From Fidelibacterota bacterium (GTDB lineage Bacteria > Fidelibacterota > Marinisomatia > Marinisomatales > TCS55), in the NCBI GenBank assembly GCA_014381755.1, contig JACNLB010000120.1, positions 60,150 through 124,149 on the forward strand: 64,000 nucleotides of DNA, in the 5' to 3' direction. A program made the position numbers and the translations under genes. This document shows positions 50,263 through 58,961 of this stretch, piece by piece. Positions within the stretch are counted from its first letter, which is position 1. Each line of letters begins with the position of its first letter. The notes beneath the pieces are model-generated. The model was not told the DNA's origin. It did no database searches and saw nothing but the letters and a program-made list of their open reading frames with translations.

Positions 50263-51066
50263 CTATGTTGTCTTTTCTGATTCAGAACTTGCCCCATCAG
50301 AACTCTGCTTGGAATAATGTGGCGCTAAAAATGTTATTTCAACGCGTCTGTTGCGTGCTTTTTGCTGAACAGTATTATTATATTTGTTTATGATTTCCCC
50401 TGTAACTAATTCATGGGATAATTTGTCTCGAGGGACAAATTCACCATAACCTACTGCTTCCAATCTGGTGGGGTTTACTCCTAGTTTTATCAATTCTCTT
50501 ACTACTGCCGATGCTCTAGCAGATGATAATTCCCAATTGGTTGGATATTTTTCCTGTAGTTTTTCCGGAAGTTTTTCATTATCTGTGTGTCCTTCTACAG
50601 CTATCTGAAAATAAGAATTATCAATTGTTGGAACAATTTTATTCAAAATATCAATAATCTGCGGCTTCGTTTTTGCTGACCCCGATGTAAAACTGATATC
50701 AGATGAAATACCAATTGTAACTCCTTTAGGTCCAGTAGTTACATCAACAGGCGCTTCACCGGATTCTGATTCTTCTTTCATTTTATTTACCATGTTTTGT
50801 GCAGCTTTTTTGATATCAGCAAGGTTCATTGCCTGGCTTTCTTTTTTTATTTTACTCCCCACCGATTTACCCATAGAGTCGGCCATTTCCTGTAATTTTA
50901 CAGGATCAATAGTCGAAATAGCAGCCAACAAAACAAAAAAAGCAAAAAGCAATGTCATCATATCAGCAAAGGTACCAAACCAACCGGGAAGCCCTTCATC
51001 AACAAGGGTTTTTCCTTTAGTAATACCAGCTTGATACGCTTTTTTTTCTTTAGAGGATTTTGGCAT
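50263..51066 (-). CDS. motB: Stator protein MotB/PomB with OmpA-like peptidoglycan-binding domain
   Basis: WFGTFADMMTLLFAFFVLL TM with the essential Asp; VEGHTD, NWELSSARA, NRRVEI. Confidence 0.92.
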   Translation of the reverse strand: MPKSSKEKKAYQAGITKGKTLVDEGLPGWFGTFADMMTLLFAFFVLLAAISTIDPVKLQEMADSMGKSVGSKIKKESQAMNLADIKKAAQNMVNKMKEESESGEAPVDVTTGPKGVTIGISSDISFTSGSAKTKPQIIDILNKIVPTIDNSYFQIAVEGHTDNEKLPEKLQEKYPTNWELSSARASAVVRELIKLGVNPTRLEAVGYGEFVPRDKLSHELVTGEIINKYNNTVQQKARNRRVEITFLAPHYSKQSSDGASSESEKTT

Positions 51067-51070
51067 TTAA

Positions 51071-51853
51071 TTATTCTTCTTTTTTCCATTCCTTTGGTGG
51101 AATAAATGAATTTAGTTTTTCCCTAACGATCAATGGGTGCTTTTTTTGGTGAATTAATCTGGAAGCCTCAACAAGCATGGCTTGCATTGTGCTGGTAAAA
51201 CTAATTCTGGTGTTTAATTTTTCACTCATGGGCAGAAAAAATAAATTAGCTAAAACTGCTCCATAAAATGTTGTGATTAACGCAGCTGACATTCCGGGGC
51301 CTAAGGAATCAGCTCCTCCCTCTCCGCCAAAACCAGCCAGCATAATGACCAAACCAATCAATGTTCCTATCATTCCCCAAGCGGGCGCCATTGTGCCCAT
51401 TGATTTAAACAATCCAGCCTGAGTCTTTTCACGCACTTCCCGATATTCAATTCGTGTTTCTAAAATTTCAGTTAATTCATCAAGCGAATAACCGTCAACA
51501 ACCATTTGGACGCCATCTCGGAAAAATGGATTTTTGATGTTGTCTACTGATTTTTCAAGTTCAACGGCTCCTTTTCTACCCACATCGGCAGCGTCCACGG
51601 CATCATCTACCACCACGCCAAGTTTTAGCTTCCCTCCTTTAAATACAGCGCCCATTGCCGCACCCAATTTTAGCACATCCGACAAAGGGAACGCGACTGA
51701 AACAGAGGCTATCATTCCTCCAACAACAATCGCAAAACTTGACGGTGAAACAAATCCTCCCATACCTGCATTAGCAGCAGAGGCTGCCATAAATATTCCG
51801 CCAAAAATTGAACCCAAACCAAGAACAATGCCTATTAATGTTGCAATATCCAT
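51071..51853 (-). CDS. motA: Stator protein MotA/PomA
   Basis: MDIATLIG, SF.IVVGG, RKG...LE, F..G..MVVDG, APAWGMIGTLIGLV, ALITTFYG...ANL..LP. Confidence 0.92.
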   Translation of the reverse strand: MDIATLIGIVLGLGSIFGGIFMAASAANAGMGGFVSPSSFAIVVGGMIASVSVAFPLSDVLKLGAAMGAVFKGGKLKLGVVVDDAVDAADVGRKGAVELEKSVDNIKNPFFRDGVQMVVDGYSLDELTEILETRIEYREVREKTQAGLFKSMGTMAPAWGMIGTLIGLVIMLAGFGGEGGADSLGPGMSAALITTFYGAVLANLFFLPMSEKLNTRISFTSTMQAMLVEASRLIHQKKHPLIVREKLNSFIPPKEWKKEE

Positions 51854-51855
51854 AC

Positions 51856-53274
51856 TTATTCCTCTACAATGCTTGTGGACTTTAAACGATTTTCGTGTAA
51901 CGCCTTTAAAATATTGCGTACATCATCATATTCAGGATCCATTCGCAATGCTAAATTCCAGTTAATTGTCGCTCGTTGAATGTCTCCCAGTTTATAATAA
52001 ATTGATCCGCGCCGTGCATAAGCCAAGGCCATATTTGGATTCAAATCCAGAGCTGATTCAACTTCCTGTAAAGCAGCGCGATAATCACCCGCATAAAAAT
52101 AACGTAGTGATTTTGACAAATGACGCATGGCTTCGTTCATATTTTTTTCATCAACATTGCGACTCAATTTCATCGACAGTAATGAATCTTCCAAAAATTG
52201 AGACTGTTGTTCCATAGAAGCTAATTGGACCATGAGATTACGCATTTCATTTTTTAACATCATCATGGAATCCCGAACCGTGTGTACTGCAAAATCAGCC
52301 ATAGACAGAGTAGAGTCCATTGATGATGATAATGATTCAAATTGTCCCGTAGCTGGTAATTTCAGTTGACCTCCTGGAAAAGGTGATGGCCCTCCAAAGC
52401 CGCTAGGAACCGTTTTTATTCCTCGGGGTACTGCCATATCAAATCCCAATGTGACCCCCGGATGACCTTCCCAGTATCTTGATTTCCAGTCCGGCAATTT
52501 TTCTATGTGGGTGAATCCTAAGTTCAGGCGATAATCCGAGGTAAGGGGGATGCGGAGTCCCACATTGATGCCTGTTCCGTCGAATTCACCCACAATATCT
52601 ATTCCGCCCCATTTATTTAGATATGGTGTATTCATAATGACACCCATAAACACACCTGATTTAGTTCCTTCGTTTGTGGTCGTTCCCGTTTCAGACGGTG
52701 TGTTGCTTTCTTCTGTTGAGGCAGTAATTGTATCTGTCGGTGCAAACCCCCCCGAACCAAATCCCATAAAGGTATTTAAATGATATTTGCCCAATTCTTT
52801 TTCACTGCTTACTACAACAAAAAATGATAGCTGTTCCGGATCCAGACTTAAACCGCCGCCACTGCTTTCTGCGTTTTGAAAAACAATGTCTTGTAAACCA
52901 AGCGAAAGCGATACATTATTATAGGTGTATACACGTTGTTGCAAATGAAAACCAAATTCTACTGGAGGGGTATAACCCGTTTTACCTAAAAGGGCCGGTG
53001 CTGTACTATCGGCTGTTTGCACCGAAGAAAATCCAAATGTAAAGTTTTTCCCCAACTCCATATCAAAATAGATGCCTTGAGCAGAGTTAAAAGGATCAAA
53101 ACGATGTAATTCTACACCAAATCCAGTGCGGAATAAATACGGTGCTTTCCTCACGCTGGATGTGGGAATTTTCATCATAAATCCTGGGCGGGTATACGCT
53201 ATACGGGATGCACCAAATAATATTGACATCAAAACAAAAGAAAATATAAATACTATGTTAATAAATTTTTTCAC
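51856..53274 (-). CDS. Secreted protein: predicted beta-barrel-like N-terminal domain, coiled coil, C-terminal TPR
   Basis: Signal peptide; amphipathic strands (IVGEFDGTGINVGLRIP, YRLNLGF); heptads; TPR ALAYARRGSIYYKLGD...A. Confidence 0.75.
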   Translation of the reverse strand: MKKFINIVFIFSFVLMSILFGASRIAYTRPGFMMKIPTSSVRKAPYLFRTGFGVELHRFDPFNSAQGIYFDMELGKNFTFGFSSVQTADSTAPALLGKTGYTPPVEFGFHLQQRVYTYNNVSLSLGLQDIVFQNAESSGGGLSLDPEQLSFFVVVSSEKELGKYHLNTFMGFGSGGFAPTDTITASTEESNTPSETGTTTNEGTKSGVFMGVIMNTPYLNKWGGIDIVGEFDGTGINVGLRIPLTSDYRLNLGFTHIEKLPDWKSRYWEGHPGVTLGFDMAVPRGIKTVPSGFGGPSPFPGGQLKLPATGQFESLSSSMDSTLSMADFAVHTVRDSMMMLKNEMRNLMVQLASMEQQSQFLEDSLLSMKLSRNVDEKNMNEAMRHLSKSLRYFYAGDYRAALQEVESALDLNPNMALAYARRGSIYYKLGDIQRATINWNLALRMDPEYDDVRNILKALHENRLKSTSIVEE

Positions 53275-54164
53275 TGGAAAGCCATTTCCCCTCTTTTTAC
53301 TTCAAGCGCCGCTAAACGGGAATATTCACTGTTCGGATGACCCACAACAACTTTTTTAAACGTATTCATCGCTAAATCCATACTACCCAGTTCTTTGTAC
53401 AACAAACCTTTTTTCACCAAAGCGTCATCGACCATATCCGATTTTTTATATTCTAATAATTTATCCAAAGTGATTAATGCGCTTTCATAATTACGAAGTT
53501 GCAGATATATATCTGCAGTCCAATAAAGAACGTTTTCTACTTTTTCAATTTCTGCTAATTGCAGCTTAAGATCGTCAAAGCAATGTAGTGCTGTAACAAA
53601 GTTGCCGCATTGATATGCGTACATCCCTGTCACATATAAATTATCGTCAAAATATTCTATAAAAGGATCTGGTCGTACCAGAACAATGCTTTTTACAACC
53701 GGTAACTCCACAAGTGTTAAATTATCCACACTTTGTGGTTCATCCGCGCTTAAAGAGACGCTAGGTCTCTCGGGCTTTTCTAAAACAGGTATAGCAGCAG
53801 CAAGCAATCCTTTCAATTTAATGTTTTCAGATTTCAATGCTGTTATTTCACTTTGCAAGGATGTTTCCAGATTAAAAATTCTTGAGTTTATTCGTTCAAT
53901 TGCAGTTAAAAGTTCTTGATTGGCAACTCCTTCAACCGTTCCGCTTTTTACATGTTTAATTCTGATTTTTACTTCATTTGATGGACTTGTAATTAACCGA
54001 CTATACGATTCATTCCCTGTTGTCGGTTCAATAACAATGCCTAAATCTAGGAGAAAAACATCCGATCGTTTAGAGGATTGTTGTTGCCCATTAATAGGAA
54101 TGATCAATAATGAGATTATTCCAAAAACAAAAAAAGTTCGACGGTAAAATGACGCCGCCGCCAT
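53271..54164 (-). CDS. Secreted coiled-coil plus TPR protein (CpoB/YbgF-like C-terminus)
   Basis: Signal peptide; coiled coil; VLYWTAD.Y, DDALVKKG, F.KVV..HPNSEY. Confidence 0.72.
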   Translation of the reverse strand: MAAASFYRRTFFVFGIISLLIIPINGQQQSSKRSDVFLLDLGIVIEPTTGNESYSRLITSPSNEVKIRIKHVKSGTVEGVANQELLTAIERINSRIFNLETSLQSEITALKSENIKLKGLLAAAIPVLEKPERPSVSLSADEPQSVDNLTLVELPVVKSIVLVRPDPFIEYFDDNLYVTGMYAYQCGNFVTALHCFDDLKLQLAEIEKVENVLYWTADIYLQLRNYESALITLDKLLEYKKSDMVDDALVKKGLLYKELGSMDLAMNTFKKVVVGHPNSEYSRLAALEVKRGEMAFQ

Positions 54165-55336
54165 TATTGATATTCCTCCCAGTCTATAACATAGGAATAC
54201 CCGATGAAAGACCCAAAATCATTGGGAACAAATAATTCAAAGGCTCCAGCCGCCCCCGGGAGTAAAGTGGCATCTGTGGTGATGCCAGAGTCGAAGGTGT
54301 GGTATGTTCCGCGTACAAATGTGGTGAGTGTCTTCGTTTCGCCGCTCCAGTTTTTGCGAAATACAAAATCTACTTTCACAAAATCCGCTCGACGACCGCC
54401 AATGTTTTTTACCTCACCAGTAAAAATAATTGCACCCTGATTATCTTTTCGCTCACTTATGTTTCCAACCAGAACACAATTTGCAGAATATCTTTTACCG
54501 GCTTCCCGGCTTAATGGGTCAGCAGAAGTATATTTGGGTTCTGCAAGTTTTGGCATGGGTGGGGGAGAGTAACTATCACGAATTTGTTCGGGAACATATT
54601 CTTGAGTTTCCTCCGTCACAACATTATCAATAACCCTTACAATATTTTTACGTTCAATAATTAAATACCCTAACAGGGTTTCGATTTTTAACGTTTCCTC
54701 ATCCTGATAAACAATTTTCCCAAATACTGTACTGCCATTCTGTAAAATAATTTCTTTTGAATAAATAGCCAGGGGGTTTACCCACATTTTGCTTAAAGCT
54801 TTTAAGTCTTCCAGTTCGGAATTAAGATGTTTTACTTCAGCGGAAAGCTTTTTTAATTCAAAGCTTAATTCTGTTGTTACATAAGCTGCATCACTACCTG
54901 CACCCGTAGCCTCTTCAGGAATCTCAACAGCTTTGTCTAGCTCTGCACCATCTCCTTTTAATACAATTTCTTTTTTGGCTACTACTTTTTCTGATAATAC
55001 TAATTCTAAATCATCTAAATCATCATCCGAAACTGTAATGGGCATATTGACAGTCCCTTTTGCACCGCCGTCAATATCCAAAACATAATCGCCCGGAAGC
55101 ACATCTTTAAATTTGAATGAGCCTCCGCCCATACCCATGCGGGGTTTGGATGTTTCCGTGCGTTGAGACTCAACGGCATCTGATGTGAGCAACAAAACTG
55201 TCGTTCCACCTACTTTTTCACCATCGGCATCCAAAACTGTGCCTTTTATCTTGAAATCTTTTGCAAATAGGGTGGGGTTATACGCTATTATACTAAGTAT
55301 AATAAGTGTGTATTTAAACAACGCTTTTATGTTCAT
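54164..55336 (-). CDS. Secreted multidomain protein: carboxypeptidase-regulatory-like beta-sandwich, coiled coil, small beta domain, FxLYD-like Ig domain
   Basis: Signal peptide; IKGTVLDADGE.V.G..V.L and F.F..V.PGDY; IILQNGSTVFGKI; GEVKN.G...ADFVKV...LLPG...F. Confidence 0.72.
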   Translation of the reverse strand: MNIKALFKYTLIILSIIAYNPTLFAKDFKIKGTVLDADGEKVGGTTVLLLTSDAVESQRTETSKPRMGMGGGSFKFKDVLPGDYVLDIDGGAKGTVNMPITVSDDDLDDLELVLSEKVVAKKEIVLKGDGAELDKAVEIPEEATGAGSDAAYVTTELSFELKKLSAEVKHLNSELEDLKALSKMWVNPLAIYSKEIILQNGSTVFGKIVYQDEETLKIETLLGYLIIERKNIVRVIDNVVTEETQEYVPEQIRDSYSPPPMPKLAEPKYTSADPLSREAGKRYSANCVLVGNISERKDNQGAIIFTGEVKNIGGRRADFVKVDFVFRKNWSGETKTLTTFVRGTYHTFDSGITTDATLLPGAAGAFELFVPNDFGSFIGYSYVIDWEEYQ

Positions 55337-55388
55337 TTATTTACCTCGGTTTTGCAAGACCAAGACGAACTACTGCCTTGGCTGGATG

Positions 55389-55418
55389 AGTTTACTTCCA
55401 ACTCTAACCAAGTGTCAA
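55389..55418 (-). promoter_or_regulatory. Putative sigma70 promoter of the motor-like operon
   Basis: TTGACA (55418-55413)-18 nt-TAAACT (55394-55389); GAGG SD before ATG 55336. Confidence 0.6.
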
Positions 55419-55483
55419 GTAGAAAAGTGGGGTCTATTTACCGAGGAGAAAACAATTCATGCTTTATGGAATCGTTTCAAATA

Positions 55484-56995
55484 TTAGAGAGTATAGATTT
55501 CACTGTATTTGTTTTTTAAATAATTAATGAATGGTTTTGCAGACAAATCTTTGCCTGATATGGATTTGATCATTTCTTTAGCTGTTTGCCTGCGGCCGAC
55601 CCCGTGAATGTTGTCTTTTAGCCAATTTCGCAAAGGTAAAAATTTTCCTATACTAATGTCGTTTTTCATATTTGGCAAATCTTCATTGGCTTTATTATAC
55701 ATAATAATATTATACAAATTTCCCAGAGCGTATGTTGGGAAGTACCCAAAGCTTCCTTGTGACCAATGAACATCCTGTAAAACACCATTTGTGTCTGTGT
55801 CCGGTATAATATCAAAATATTCCTCCATTTTTTTATTCCATATAGTCGGCAGTTCTTTTACTTCAAGGCCTTCATTGATGATTAATTGTTCAATTTCGAA
55901 ACGCAGCATTATATGAAGATTGTATGTTATTTCATCCGCTTCAGTTCTTATTAATCCCGGTTTAATAGTATTCACAGCTAAATAAAATTCATCTACAGAA
56001 ATTAAAGATAAATTTTCTGGGAAAATTTTTTGCAATTTTGGAAAATAATATTCCCAGAAGGGTTTACTTAAACCAACCAGGTTTTCCCAAAGGCGGGATT
56101 GACTTTCATGTATACCATAAGAAATTGCTTCACAAAACGGTGTTCCGTACCAACGTTGATCCATGCCTTGTTCATACAGTGCGTGTCCTCCTTCGTGGAT
56201 AGAACTGGATAAACAATACATAAAATTATTTTCATCAATTCGAGTCGTAATACGAACATCCGTGGGATGAAAATTTATTGTAAAAGGATGGGTGGATTTA
56301 TCCTGCCTACCGCAGTTAAAATCAAAGCCCATATCTCTTAGCACTTGTTCGGTAAACGACCATTGTTTCTCTGCATCATAGTGCTGAAATAAAATATGTT
56401 CATGGGTATCAATTCCTGATTTTGAAATTTTTTGTACCAAGTCTACCAAATCAGGTTTCATCGAATTAAACAATACATTTACATCCGATGTTGTCATTTC
56501 TGGCTCAAAGGCATCCAGTAATGTATCGTAAGGAGTTTCTTTTGTCCCGATATATTGAATTTCTCTTTGTTTAAGGGTAATTATATTCTCCAAATGGGGA
56601 GCAAATTGATTCCAATCATTCTTTTTACGAGCTTCAATCCACGCCTGCTGACCAAGAGAAGCTGCGCTGGACATTTCTTTTACAAATTCTTTTGGTAAGG
56701 CTGCCGCACGATGAAAATCCCTCCAAATTTCAGATACCAATTTTTCTGATTCGGAATCAATTTCGTTTTTTATAGCCCCCGAATCCAAATCGATTAATTC
56801 CCCTAACGGACCTTTAATACCGTCTCCAATAAATCGTTCATGTGCGAGAGACGTTAACAGGGCTATCTGCGCTGCCCTGGCGCTGCCGCTCCCTTTAGGC
56901 ATATATGTTTCCATGTCCCAATGCATTAGATTAACAGCTCCGTAAATATCAACAACTGTTTTTAATTCTTTCTTTAACTGTATTAGTGCATCCAT
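55484..56995 (-). CDS. Carboxypeptidase M32 (Taq-type)
   Basis: HPF, HEGGHALYEQG, HESQSR, IRTEADE, QDVHW, GYFPTYALG. Confidence 0.95.
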   Translation of the reverse strand: MDALIQLKKELKTVVDIYGAVNLMHWDMETYMPKGSGSARAAQIALLTSLAHERFIGDGIKGPLGELIDLDSGAIKNEIDSESEKLVSEIWRDFHRAAALPKEFVKEMSSAASLGQQAWIEARKKNDWNQFAPHLENIITLKQREIQYIGTKETPYDTLLDAFEPEMTTSDVNVLFNSMKPDLVDLVQKISKSGIDTHEHILFQHYDAEKQWSFTEQVLRDMGFDFNCGRQDKSTHPFTINFHPTDVRITTRIDENNFMYCLSSSIHEGGHALYEQGMDQRWYGTPFCEAISYGIHESQSRLWENLVGLSKPFWEYYFPKLQKIFPENLSLISVDEFYLAVNTIKPGLIRTEADEITYNLHIMLRFEIEQLIINEGLEVKELPTIWNKKMEEYFDIIPDTDTNGVLQDVHWSQGSFGYFPTYALGNLYNIIMYNKANEDLPNMKNDISIGKFLPLRNWLKDNIHGVGRRQTAKEMIKSISGKDLSAKPFINYLKNKYSEIYTL

Positions 56996-57004
56996 ATAAT
57001 TGTC

Positions 57005-57577
57005 CTATTTCCAGAAATCTTTATATATATTTTTACGTTTTTTGACATCGCCCAAACGTTGTTCGGTGTCTTTTTTTAATGTTTTTGACAGTGTCCCTTT
57101 TAATGCTTTTTCATATGCTTCAATGATGAGTTCAAAATCGCCTTCATCTTTTTTCTCATACGTTCGTCCCATCCAATAATATGGTTCACCATTTTCAGGA
57201 GAATAATATGATGCTCTACCATATTGTTCCAATGCGTCCCAAAGATTTGATTTGCTTCCTTGTTTATAAAAACGATGTCCTGTTATTATAGATAGGCCAA
57301 ACTTCGCCTGTTTACTTTTAATATCAAGACCAAGGGCTGATTTAAATTGTGCTTCTGCAGCAGAATAATCCCCTTGTTTCAGCGATCTGTTACCAAGATT
57401 ATTATGGGCATTAACAACTGATTGCACTGTTTCAATGGGAACATTATCGCCCTTTAATAGCTCGCTTTTTCTGGCAATTATGGATTCGGGGTCAGATTCA
57501 GCTAATTCGGATACAGTCGGCGCACATCCAGATGTAAACAAATATAGTGTTATTATATATAGAGTAAATTTCTGCAA
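57005..57577 (-). CDS. TPR lipoprotein (probable TTG start at 57577)
   Basis: Lipobox TSGC; AHNNLG, PYYWMGRTY TPR helices. Confidence 0.7.
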   Translation of the reverse strand: MQKFTLYIITLYLFTSGCAPTVSELAESDPESIIARKSELLKGDNVPIETVQSVVNAHNNLGNRSLKQGDYSAAEAQFKSALGLDIKSKQAKFGLSIITGHRFYKQGSKSNLWDALEQYGRASYYSPENGEPYYWMGRTYEKKDEGDFELIIEAYEKALKGTLSKTLKKDTEQRLGDVKKRKNIYKDFWK

Positions 57578-57590
57578 AGCGATGAGGCGT

Positions 57591-58523
57591 TCAGCCCTTG
57601 AACCAGAAGAGGTCTTTATTATTATTAAAACTGGTGTATAAATCCTGCATTGATTCAGCAACATAATATCTATCTTGGATCTCACTATAGTCAAAACGTG
57701 TCATGACAACTTCTTCAATATCAAATTTTATAAATCTTGAACGGTTAGACTTCCCTTTTGCACAGTTTACCAGGCTTTTTGTTTCATCGTAAGAAGAAAT
57801 AATTCCTGCACCATATATTTCATAACCGATGTCATTTGCTTTACGGCGAAATTTATCTGTGGTTCCTGTATTTTTCACAACTCCAAATTCATATGTCCAC
57901 CAGGCAAAATTTTGCAGTCGTTTCAAGTTGTGGGAAACTAATTCCGACCCCAGCCCTTTTTCATCTTTGATTATTTCATGACCAAGGATACCCATATCGT
58001 GCATAAAATCGGCATAATCTTTATTCATCAAAAATGGTACGTGTGCCTGAACATCGTGAAAAATATCCGGTTCTGGTGTATACCCTTCTTCATTTTGAAT
58101 ATTTACACCTTCATACTTTTCTTCAAAGCGAGGAGATTTGCGAATGATGTCGGTAACGGGGAATTTTCGATTGGCATTTAAATCAAAAAATAATTCTTCA
58201 TCTAAAAAACCCTTGGCAGGCATTAAAGACCATCCTGTTGAATTTTCAATCAAAGGGGAAATGACATCAAATTCCGGAAAACGATCGCGGGGAATCGGCA
58301 ATGACTGCATACCAAGTAGATATTCTTGTGAGGCATATTGATTTAATAGTCGTTCAAGATTTACAAAAAGATCTTCCCATATTTTATTTTCATGATTCGT
58401 TACCGCCCCGTAGTTCTGAGGTTTTCTATATGTATCTTTGCGACCAAAAATCTTGATTCCACTAATTGCATTTGGAATAATATTTGTAAAAAGGTGATCG
58501 TATTTTGTGTATTCTTCAGTCAT
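57591..58523 (-). CDS. phhA: Pterin-dependent aromatic amino acid hydroxylase (PhhA-like)
   Basis: YTPEPDIFHDVQAHVPFL (His-x4-His), WWTYEFG (Fe-ligand Glu), IYGAGIISS, IQDRYYV. Confidence 0.82.
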   Translation of the reverse strand: MTEEYTKYDHLFTNIIPNAISGIKIFGRKDTYRKPQNYGAVTNHENKIWEDLFVNLERLLNQYASQEYLLGMQSLPIPRDRFPEFDVISPLIENSTGWSLMPAKGFLDEELFFDLNANRKFPVTDIIRKSPRFEEKYEGVNIQNEEGYTPEPDIFHDVQAHVPFLMNKDYADFMHDMGILGHEIIKDEKGLGSELVSHNLKRLQNFAWWTYEFGVVKNTGTTDKFRRKANDIGYEIYGAGIISSYDETKSLVNCAKGKSNRSRFIKFDIEEVVMTRFDYSEIQDRYYVAESMQDLYTSFNNNKDLFWFKG

Positions 58524-58574
58524 AGCCTAGCATAAAGAAAATTAATTTACGACCGCTACTCATATCAGTTCAAT

Positions 58575-58898
58575 CTACCAGAGCCAAATATAAGTTACAG
58601 ATCGATTCTTGATTCCAAAGTGAGGATCTTTTGGTGTTCCACAGACTGATCGCATATCAACGCTGTCTTGATGAAACATGTCATAATCTTCACCAGGAAT
58701 AAAAGCACGAAAACGTCCTTCTTGTTCTACGCACCAACTGCGGACAGCATTGCGCAATGTTCCGTCCCCATGTCCGTGGATAATTTTTATCGCCCGCACT
58801 TCACCGCCATGCATAGCAGTGCTCACTTCCGTCTCCAAAACAGAAAGCGCTCTGTCCAGCCCATAATTTTGGTGACCAATATCTATTGTTTTTAACAT
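58575..58898 (-). CDS. Stand-alone Smr/MutS2 domain protein
   Basis: IKIIHGHGDGTLRNAVRSW, C-terminal N..VTY.W. Confidence 0.78.
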   Translation of the reverse strand: MLKTIDIGHQNYGLDRALSVLETEVSTAMHGGEVRAIKIIHGHGDGTLRNAVRSWCVEQEGRFRAFIPGEDYDMFHQDSVDMRSVCGTPKDPHFGIKNRSVTYIWLW

Positions 58899-58961
58899 AA
58901 TATTTCCACCTCAAGTTTACACTTGTTCATCATAATTTAACCCCTAATTCAAAAGGCAATA

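Noticed and set aside
50263-51853. MotAB pair as a Zorya (ZorAB) anti-phage system or a TolQR/ExbBD pair
   Set aside because: MotA is a normal 260-aa flagellar-type protein with the RKG..LE loop and no long ZorA tail. No ZorC/D/E is present, and the partners are FliF- and FliG-like.
47745-51853. Decaying remnant of a flagellar operon
   Set aside because: No frameshifts, internal stops or gene fragments are visible. The SD, promoter and terminator are intact, and FliF has gained a signal peptide and coiled coil. This cannot be fully excluded without the rest of the genome.
55344-55446. CCTCGGT/ACCGAGG inverted repeat as an anti-SD riboswitch for the motor operon
   Set aside because: The distal arm lies upstream of the predicted -35, so it would not be in the transcript. 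It is only 7 bp.
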